A stretch of 63,990 nt of DNA, filler included, from Stramenopiles sp. TOSAG23-2 (lineage: Eukaryota): assembly GCA_900128395.1 (NCBI GenBank). It is 6 parts of 6 records of this genome, joined end to end, with 100 filler letters (N's around TTAATTAATTAA, not from the genome) between each part and the next. Parts side by side here need not be neighbours in the genome. Positions count along the whole stretch, not along the records: positions 53,542 to 63,990 come from LT650015.1; 5 more parts are not named here. One strand, written 5' to 3'. Below the pieces are notes generated by a model. It saw only the letters and a program-made list of their open reading frames with translations. It did no database searches and was not told where the DNA came from. Within the stretch, counting starts at the first letter, position 1. Every line of letters starts with the position of its first letter. Below are positions 56,140-63,990 of this stretch, one piece after another. A program made the translations under genes and the position numbers.

Positions 56140-58830
56140 TTAAAATGATATAGTACCCGATGTACCAATAGTTTTTACACCCGATTTTGTTTGTTTAACA
56201 TTTTTACCATCAACAACTTCAAACATTGTAACATATACTTGAGTGAAAGTATGTGCATCGCCTTTGAAGGATCCACCAACTTTCCATGATAATGTTTTAC
56301 TTTTATCGCTCCATTCATATGTAGTTGTTTTAATTGTACTAGTACTACCACTTTCATAATCCAACGTTTCACCATCATCCTCTACGAATACGAATGAACC
56401 ATCAGCACCACTGTATACTTGCACTTCTAATGCGCCTCCTGGTAATGCATCTGAATATTGTACCACTGGAGCAAGAGGTATGACTCCACCTGCTAATACA
56501 AATGTTGGTATCGTATCCAATGCAACATTGTTATAATATTGTGTATTGGATCCAGAGTAAACATAGTTACCAGCTGCATCAGCTACGCCATTAAATACAT
56601 ACCATGTACCTTCAGGGAAATATACACGAGAAGCATTGTCTTGACTTGTTACAGGTGCAACCATTAAATGATCACCATCCATCCATTGAGAAGTCAATTC
56701 AGAAACTGTCGCATCAGTTGGAAATTCCATTAATAAAGGTCTCATCATTGGTTTTCCTACACCACTTTCCAAAATAGTTGAATCGTACATATGATGTGCT
56801 AGACTGTAATGGTATGGAATCAATTGATATCGCAAATTCATTGATTTCCTCATAGAGTCTTGTGCATCACTTGGATAATTAAATGGGAAATGCGCAGTGT
56901 TGCCTAATTTACTGTGCACTCTCATTATTGGAATAAATGCACTAACTTGGTACCAACGGGATAACAATAATGCACTTACATCACCACCATTAAAGCCGCC
57001 TGTGTCGCATGTAATATATGCAGTTCCTGCTAATTCCCAATTCAATACATATCCAGGCGTTGCAACTAATGCATCCCATGTCACTGGAACATCACCAGTC
57101 CATGTTAAAGACCCTTGACGTTGCATACCAGGTGAATAAGAACGATTAATAGTCCAAAAACGTTTCTTTTTGTCAAATTTTGCCAACATAGTTTGCTCCG
57201 CTTCGTTCCAATGGTAAAAGTTAAAATACGAACTTTCCCCTTCATCATTCCACCAAAAATCGACACCATCGGATAAAAAGTGTGACATTTGCGATGCATA
57301 CCATTCCCTAACTTCCGGGATGCTGTAATTTAAATCACGCGCATTATATGCACTACCAGTACCTGCCTTTGGATCGACTAACCAACCTTTTGATTTTGCC
57401 ATGGTTAACAATGCAGAATTACCAAGTCTTGGTTTTCTAATACCACCAAAACGTAAATTTAATTCAGAATGATAGGTTTTCAATTGATCAGTCGGTTGTG
57501 GGAATATGATGGAATTGTAATCAAAATCTTTAAATGATGGAGACCCTTGATCTGGTAAATTATAATCTGGTTCTGGGGTGTACCATTCAAAATCAGAAAT
57601 CCATGCATCGATTGGATAATTACCAGAACGAAATTCTTTCAATGTATTTAATACCGTATTAGAATCTTTCCAGCCCCAACGACATGCTAAGAAACCAAAT
57701 GCGTAACGTGGTGGAATAGCTGGGCGTCCAATTAAATCCCAATATTTAGATATCCCATCGCCCATATCATTTGATGGAATCAAATATAAATTGGCCACTG
57801 CACCAGTGATACTCCATTGTACTAAATTATTATTGTAATAATCCCATGAGGCAGGATATTGAGAATAATCATTTTCATTGAAATTTTCCAAACTAACACC
57901 CAATGCGCTGTAACCATCCGTTGAATAATAATGTGGCACGTAAAATTGTGTATTACTAACAGATGGATTGGAATTAGTACGAGTCAATGTATTGGCATCG
58001 TTACCACCACTTCCACTACCATATAAAGATGCACTTAAGCTAGAGCCTAAATTAATACTTAACGTATTTTGTGGTGGTGGTGGTGGTGTAATTTTACCTC
58101 CAACGGTACGGTATTGAGCATTATGCGTTGAATGAACATTTTCCATTAACCAACAATTTTTACCATCCGGTGATTCATGACCTTTCGAAGCAAAGATCCA
58201 TGTGTTACAATTGGTATTATTGTTACATGTTTCACAACATGATTTTTGGTCATTCACATATAATCCATCTGGGAAATCTGGAACACGGTCACCAGACGAT
58301 ACATCACTATTTGGTAAAGGTGAATGACATAAATCTGTATTATCAATTTTATGATTATCCTGACTTTTTTGTATCGAAGTGATACCACGCAATGTACGTT
58401 GTTGCTGTATTTCGCTTGACGATGTATATTCCGATAAATCATCGGTCCATGTAATTTTTTTACCACTACTATCTAACATTTGAAAATGATTTGTTGTAGG
58501 GTCAATTTCAATGGATCCAAAAGAGGTTTTAATACCAGTATATTTACCATCGCTTACTTTTTGAAATGGTGCATTTTCTGTATGCTCTGCAACCATAACA
58601 GTATCTATTTTGCCAGCTTGCACGGAAGTATCGTATGAAATAGATATACGAAAAGCGGATTTACCTTCAACTGCTAACTCTACAGTATGATTATTTTGTA
58701 CATTTACAACAATTCCGTCTTCATTTTCTTGTACAATAAATTGTTCCAATGATGATGTTGATGAAGATATTGTTGTAGCATTTGCTATGCAACATACAAA
58801 CGATAGAAAAAAAATCGTTGTTACTTTCAT
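56140..58830 (-). CDS. Glycoside hydrolase family 31 with inserted PAN/apple-like module
   Basis: Signal peptide; GRPAIPPRYAFG, FWWNDEGE (nucleophile), WTGDV (acid/base), CDTGGF, RWYQ, MRVH, LRYQLIPY, MRPLLMEFP. Confidence 0.95.
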   Translation of the reverse strand: MKVTTIFFLSFVCCIANATTISSSTSSLEQFIVQENEDGIVVNVQNNHTVELAVEGKSAFRISISYDTSVQAGKIDTVMVAEHTENAPFQKVSDGKYTGIKTSFGSIEIDPTTNHFQMLDSSGKKITWTDDLSEYTSSSEIQQQRTLRGITSIQKSQDNHKIDNTDLCHSPLPNSDVSSGDRVPDFPDGLYVNDQKSCCETCNNNTNCNTWIFASKGHESPDGKNCWLMENVHSTHNAQYRTVGGKITPPPPPQNTLSINLGSSLSASLYGSGSGGNDANTLTRTNSNPSVSNTQFYVPHYYSTDGYSALGVSLENFNENDYSQYPASWDYYNNNLVQWSITGAVANLYLIPSNDMGDGISKYWDLIGRPAIPPRYAFGFLACRWGWKDSNTVLNTLKEFRSGNYPIDAWISDFEWYTPEPDYNLPDQGSPSFKDFDYNSIIFPQPTDQLKTYHSELNLRFGGIRKPRLGNSALLTMAKSKGWLVDPKAGTGSAYNARDLNYSIPEVREWYASQMSHFLSDGVDFWWNDEGESSYFNFYHWNEAEQTMLAKFDKKKRFWTINRSYSPGMQRQGSLTWTGDVPVTWDALVATPGYVLNWELAGTAYITCDTGGFNGGDVSALLLSRWYQVSAFIPIMRVHSKLGNTAHFPFNYPSDAQDSMRKSMNLRYQLIPYHYSLAHHMYDSTILESGVGKPMMRPLLMEFPTDATVSELTSQWMDGDHLMVAPVTSQDNASRVYFPEGTWYVFNGVADAAGNYVYSGSNTQYYNNVALDTIPTFVLAGGVIPLAPVVQYSDALPGGALEVQVYSGADGSFVFVEDDGETLDYESGSTSTIKTTTYEWSDKSKTLSWKVGGSFKGDAHTFTQVYVTMFEVVDGKNVKQTKSGVKTIGTSGTISF

Positions 58831-59513
58831 GATTATATCTATATATATGATTAATTAATTAATGACGATACTGGATATTAAAACAATATGTATGTTGTTT
58901 CTCTATTCTCACACTGTATTCCTGACCAGGCTGAGGTTCTGCTGAATCTAAAACATAAATCCGGTGGTACGTGCGTACGCGTGCATAGCTATATGTACTA
59001 TACAATAAATATTATGGTGATGACGTATACCGCGATCAACATGTTGATCTGTAAGCAGTTGCGTAATAGAGGCCGATTTTCTGGTCAAAATTCAAAGAAT
59101 TTATAAATAAGACTTTTATCTCCCCGCCTATCAACAGAAACTTAGTATTATAACGAAATAAGATGTATTTCACATGATCTATTTTTATATAGATTTCTAC
59201 TTGAGTGGGAAATTAGAATAGTCGTCTACTGTTAGAATACGTGATCGACGATCTGTCCACCGCCGTGCCAAAAAAAGATACTTGCCTTGCTTGGTATAAA
59301 TAATAAATAAAGACGAAGGTGCGAAGAAGAAAAAAGAAATGACCAAACAACAAATGAAGTAGTTATAACGAAAAGTTAAAGCTTATATACGACAAACGCA
59401 CATACGACATTTGATATACAGTATTTGTAATAAACAATCACAATCATACAGAATAACAATACAAAGCAAGATACATATTTTAATACGTGTATATTTACTT
59501 TTAACAAAGAGAA

Positions 59514-61757
59514 ATGAAGAAATCGAAAATATTTATATTAATATGTACATTATCTATTTTAATTATATTATGTGTAATATCAGCTCAACCACTACCAAAA
59601 CAAAAAAACAAGGTAGTGCCGCCGCCTGAAAAGCAATTAAATCCATTAAATATTATATACATCCTAGCTGATGACCTAGGTTATGCAGATATTACTAGTA
59701 CAGGTACCAAATATTTAAATGAATCATATCGTATATACACGGAAAATATTGATCAGCTGTTAACCAAAAACAGTATCTCAATGGACAATTTTTATGTACA
59801 GCCTGTTTGTTCACCTACAAGAGCTGCTTTGATGACAGGAAGATACCCACACCGTGTTGGAATACCATTTGCATTTGCCGGGACGTCGTTAATTAAACTG
59901 CCAACAAATATACCAACCTTACCAAAGGCCTTGAAAGAACGCAACTATAAAACACATTTGATAGGCAAGTGGCACTTAGGAGCATCAAAAAAAAGTGCAC
60001 ATCCTTTGTCGAACGGGTTTGATAGTTTCTTTGGAAATAAAGGGGCACAAATAGACCAATATTCTCACATTGCATTTGATACAGATTTTGTATATGATGT
60101 AGAGAATAAAAACGGGGAGCCAGCAAAAAATACAATAGGTGAATATTACACTGATTTATTAATAAAGGAAAGCGTTGAAACAATTAAAAAACATGTTAAA
60201 ACAAGTCCAAAACAACCTTTCTATTTGCAACTATCACATGCTGCAGTTCACGATCCATTACCAATTTCACCGAAGAAGTATATGGATAAATGCAAAAATA
60301 TTGATCAATACAAGCATTATGATAGATATCGTTATTGTGGATTAGTACAAGGGGTTGATGCATCCGTAGGTGAAATAACAAAGGTATTAAAAAAATTGAA
60401 TATTGATAAAAGTACGTTGATTATATTTTCATCTGACAATGGGGGTGTTTTGAATTCCGGGGCATTGAATGTACCATATGCTGCTGGTAAAGGTGGTCCA
60501 TATGAAGGCGGTGTACGTTCCATTGGATATATAAAAGGTTTGAAAGAAATTTTTTCACAAAATAATAGATTAAGGAAAAAAGGTTGTCCAAAAGTGTTTG
60601 ATGCAAAACGTACGTCATCGTATGATGGAAAATTTCATATTGTCGATGTTTTTCAAACTTTACTTGAAATTGTAGATGTTTACTATGACTTCAAAGATGC
60701 ACCAACATTTAAAGAATCAACAATGGATTCTATTTCACAATACAAAGCTATTTGCCAGAATGGAATTGCACCTCCACGTACATCTGTTTTACTAGCACAT
60801 AAGCCATTAAATGACTATTGCTATCCATCGAAAGATAAAATTTGTAAACCTATAGATCAATATCCAATAGCTGAAAGTTCATACCTTGATGGTGATTGGA
60901 AAGTCATTATTGGTGTTTCGCAATACAATTTAATCAACGATCGACCAGATCCATTTTTACTTGAATGGTTGTGTGTGAAGGGGCTAGAAAATTTACCATG
61001 GGCAAGGACGGAGGATAATTTTGTTATCAATGGTTTATGTGGTGCCGCATTGTATTACATGCCAAGTCTTCCAATAGGTTTAAATTTAGCTAGTAATCTT
61101 GGTTCTATGAGGAAATCGAAAAGTTGTGAAATATTCAATTTGAAGAATGATCCAGGGGAACAAGATCCTATTAATTGTGAATGTTTATGGAATAATGCGC
61201 ATACAAAGGAAATGTATGAAACGAAAACATTTTGGAATGTTACTGATGGTAATAATTGCGATACGAATTTAATAGATACAACAACGATTGCAATTGGTAA
61301 AAAGCTTTTAAAAGACATGTTCAAATCAATCTTCCCAAAAATGAATATGTACGATACTATGCTTCATATGAAGCAATCGACTATTAAATATAGCAAACCG
61401 CCAATATTTCATCCAAAGTTCAATACAACAATAAATTTTGCATCATCTTGGTTAAATGAAGATGAGACATATGAAACGAAACAAATGGTTCCTGCAATTA
61501 AATATGTATTAGCACAATGGTTATTATCATTAGTTGTTATTTTTATTTTATTGCCCATATTCCTTATATATCAATTATTGAAATGTATGTGTTGTAACAA
61601 AACAAATGTTAAGAGCAATAGTGAAACGAAAAATAAAAATAAGACAACAACTGTTACGACAAAACGTAATAAAACTACTGCGGCTGGAAACACTAGAAAA
61701 CCAACACGTGCAAAAAGTAAGGGTAAGAAGAAGAAATCGAATAAGAAGACGGATTAG
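59514..61757 (+). CDS. Arylsulfatase B/I/J-like sulfatase with C-terminal transmembrane anchor
   Basis: Signal peptide; LADDLGY, QPVCSPTRAALMTGRYP, GKWHLG, SDNGG, YEGGVR; TM WLLSLVVIFILLPIFLIY followed by CMCC and a basic tail. Confidence 0.92.
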   Translation: MKKSKIFILICTLSILIILCVISAQPLPKQKNKVVPPPEKQLNPLNIIYILADDLGYADITSTGTKYLNESYRIYTENIDQLLTKNSISMDNFYVQPVCSPTRAALMTGRYPHRVGIPFAFAGTSLIKLPTNIPTLPKALKERNYKTHLIGKWHLGASKKSAHPLSNGFDSFFGNKGAQIDQYSHIAFDTDFVYDVENKNGEPAKNTIGEYYTDLLIKESVETIKKHVKTSPKQPFYLQLSHAAVHDPLPISPKKYMDKCKNIDQYKHYDRYRYCGLVQGVDASVGEITKVLKKLNIDKSTLIIFSSDNGGVLNSGALNVPYAAGKGGPYEGGVRSIGYIKGLKEIFSQNNRLRKKGCPKVFDAKRTSSYDGKFHIVDVFQTLLEIVDVYYDFKDAPTFKESTMDSISQYKAICQNGIAPPRTSVLLAHKPLNDYCYPSKDKICKPIDQYPIAESSYLDGDWKVIIGVSQYNLINDRPDPFLLEWLCVKGLENLPWARTEDNFVINGLCGAALYYMPSLPIGLNLASNLGSMRKSKSCEIFNLKNDPGEQDPINCECLWNNAHTKEMYETKTFWNVTDGNNCDTNLIDTTTIAIGKKLLKDMFKSIFPKMNMYDTMLHMKQSTIKYSKPPIFHPKFNTTINFASSWLNEDETYETKQMVPAIKYVLAQWLLSLVVIFILLPIFLIYQLLKCMCCNKTNVKSNSETKNKNKTTTVTTKRNKTTAAGNTRKPTRAKSKGKKKKSNKKTD

Positions 61758-62018
61758 AAAGAGGATAATGCATGAGTTATGTGTGTGTGTTGTTATGTAT
61801 TTTTGAAAATTTTATATTTAAGAACAGTCGTATATATATTAAAAATTTGTATACACATTTTTGTGATGTGTGTAAACATTTATATGATACTCGTACGAAA
61901 AGTATATTACACATATATTTTTAAAAATAATTACGCTTCGTGTATACCTTTTAATATATCATATTATACTCGTAATAATATTTATTTTTTACTCCCCCCC
62001 TTATATTATTAAATTTTA

Positions 62019-63990
62019 TTATTCATAATCACTATCATCCTCCTCATCTTCCTCCTCAATCATCTCACTTGCAGACCACGCATCATCTGATTCCCCATCT
62101 GACACTTGCTCTTTGTAAGTTACTACAGACATTCTTGCTTTTCTTTGTGGTCTATTACTACGTTTTGGCACAACTGGGGCTAATATTGTTTCACTTTTAG
62201 CTTCGTTATCTACATTACTATTTTCCCCACCGGAAACATGATGATTCATTTCATCGTCATCATCATCATCATCATCATTATCACCCATCATTAAATCATC
62301 AAGTTCATCTGCTAGACGCTCTTCTTCACTCTCGTCAGTTTCTTCCTCTTCATATCGTTCTAAAAGTTTAATACAACGTTTGTGTTTCTTATCTTCCGCA
62401 AAACTCAAAGCGGTATTACCATCTTTATCGTCATGGTAGGTTTCAACACCCTTTTCCAAAAGAAATTTGACTACTGATACATTATCATTATATACAGCCT
62501 CCATTAATGGGGTTGTTTGGTCGTTATCAATAGCATTGATATTTAAATTATTACTACTATGAAATTCGTTAAATAAAAATTTAACAAATCGTATGTTGCC
62601 ATTTCTACATGCAGTGTGAAAAATGGTAGATCCACCAACATCATTCTTTGCATTAATATCAATAGTAGTATTAACACCTTCCTCATTTTCTTCTTTATTC
62701 AAAGTTACTATTGCTTTACCTAATGCTAATTTATTCATATTAACTGCAAGTTTAAGAATTTCAAATGCACCAGTTTCCGTCAATGTCAAAACTTTTTCTA
62801 GTGTAGTAGTGTAATACGTCCATGTATCTTCCAAACCTTCGGTTGCAATTTTAGTGTCAATGGCACTGATAAATTTATCGCAAATTGTTTTGTTGTATTT
62901 GTTGGTAAATTTTTCAACACTTTCGTTATATTTGTTTTCTTCTTCTTTTATTCTATCTTCTTCTTCTTGTTCCTTACGATGAATGTCTTCAACAAATGAT
63001 TTCATTTCTTTATCCTCTTGAGCTAGTTTTAAGCTTTCTTTATTTTCTTCATTGAATTTCAATGTTTCCATATCTTTTTCTGATAATGTTAAAATATCGT
63101 AAACTTGTGTTTGACGTTTAAATTTTTTTTCAATTCTTTTAAATAGACTCTCATCATTGAAATTGAATTTTTGTAAAAATGCCTTTAATATTGATTTTCG
63201 CAAAATTTGTTTACTAGTATTACCGACAGATTTACCATTTTCATTGATAAACGTAGTAAATGCATCTTGGTTTTTATTGTCGGGACTATCATCCTTACTT
63301 TCTTTTTCAATCTTATCGGCGTTTTCCATATTATTCAAAAAATCAATTACATCTTTTGCATACATTTTTTTCATAGTTACACTTTCATTTTCCAATTCCT
63401 CAACAGTTGCTGTACCATTCAATTTTAATGTTTTAGATACAAAGTAAATTAATTTTTTTCCTTTTGCATCTATACATTCAGGTAATACATTGAAATTTAG
63501 AAACTCAATATTCATGTCTTTCAATGTTGTTGGTTTTTTCTTTGTTTTTGGTGGTTTTGGTGGTGCTAATTCTTTTGCTTCAGCAAGTTCTGTAATATCC
63601 TTATTCTCTACGCGTGTTGGGAGTTTCTTTGAAGCTGCTAATATTGCATTATATTTACTCTTTTTTTTTCTTCTTTTCTTCATTGTCTTAATTAAAAATG
63701 AAATTCCTTTCGCTTTACTAATTTCTTTGCCTAAATTTTTCATTTGTAAATGATGTAATTGTTCATAGATTTTAGAATTTACGATAACAATTTTGTCATC
63801 ATTTTCTTGTTTTGTAACATGTGTTTCTTCTACAAGATGTACCATTTCATTAACTTTTGCATTAAGAATATCACGTACAAGATTTTCGTTTTCCTGTTTT
63901 AAGTGATCAATTATTTCCGTTTGATTTTGGATTTGTTTGCTCAATGCTTCTGCTTTATTATTATGTTTCATCCATTCTTCTTTCTCTCGA
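62019..63990 (-). CDS. Ankyrin-repeat protein with coiled coils and acidic tail, 5'-partial
   Basis: GSTIFHTACRNGNIRFVKFL, TTPLMEAVYNDNVSVVKFLLEKG, GNTALSFA; frame open to the window end. Confidence 0.88.
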   Translation of the reverse strand, partial: REKEEWMKHNNKAEALSKQIQNQTEIIDHLKQENENLVRDILNAKVNEMVHLVEETHVTKQENDDKIVIVNSKIYEQLHHLQMKNLGKEISKAKGISFLIKTMKKRRKKKSKYNAILAASKKLPTRVENKDITELAEAKELAPPKPPKTKKKPTTLKDMNIEFLNFNVLPECIDAKGKKLIYFVSKTLKLNGTATVEELENESVTMKKMYAKDVIDFLNNMENADKIEKESKDDSPDNKNQDAFTTFINENGKSVGNTSKQILRKSILKAFLQKFNFNDESLFKRIEKKFKRQTQVYDILTLSEKDMETLKFNEENKESLKLAQEDKEMKSFVEDIHRKEQEEEDRIKEEENKYNESVEKFTNKYNKTICDKFISAIDTKIATEGLEDTWTYYTTTLEKVLTLTETGAFEILKLAVNMNKLALGKAIVTLNKEENEEGVNTTIDINAKNDVGGSTIFHTACRNGNIRFVKFLFNEFHSSNNLNINAIDNDQTTPLMEAVYNDNVSVVKFLLEKGVETYHDDKDGNTALSFAEDKKHKRCIKLLERYEEEETDESEEERLADELDDLMMGDNDDDDDDDDEMNHHVSGGENSNVDNEAKSETILAPVVPKRSNRPQRKARMSVVTYKEQVSDGESDDAWSASEMIEEEDEEDDSDYE

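Overview
AT-rich, intron-poor eukaryotic DNA made of six unrelated ~10.6-kb contigs. They are joined by artificial 100-nt N spacers containing TTAATTAATTAA (10634-10733, 21366-21465, 32078-32177, 42763-42862, 53442-53541), so synteny across spacers is meaningless. Gene content and GT-AG introns suggest a flagellated heterotrophic protist, possibly a stramenopile (inference). Recognisable genes are KIF9-type kinesin, an RCC1-repeat protein, ankyrin proteins, an AN1 zinc finger, a DUF924-TilS fusion, a GNAT, EB1, a twin-Cx9C protein, TBCA, a discoidin-domain protein, a cytosolic carboxypeptidase, G6PD, two sulfatases and a GH31. The most interesting signals are: (1) two tandem paralogues sharing an unnamed Cys/His-containing domain and basic NLS-like tracts, one ending in an FABP-like domain (candidate lipid-sensing transcription factor); (2) a compact sulfatase-GH31-sulfatase cluster; (3) a secreted Lys/Ser/Gly-repeat, silaffin-like protein with a split EGF module; (4) several non-coding arrays and foldbacks sharing a GCAGGTGCATAGCA core. 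Many 70-170-bp tandem duplications look like assembly artefacts. All family assignments come from motif recognition by eye; no searches were run.
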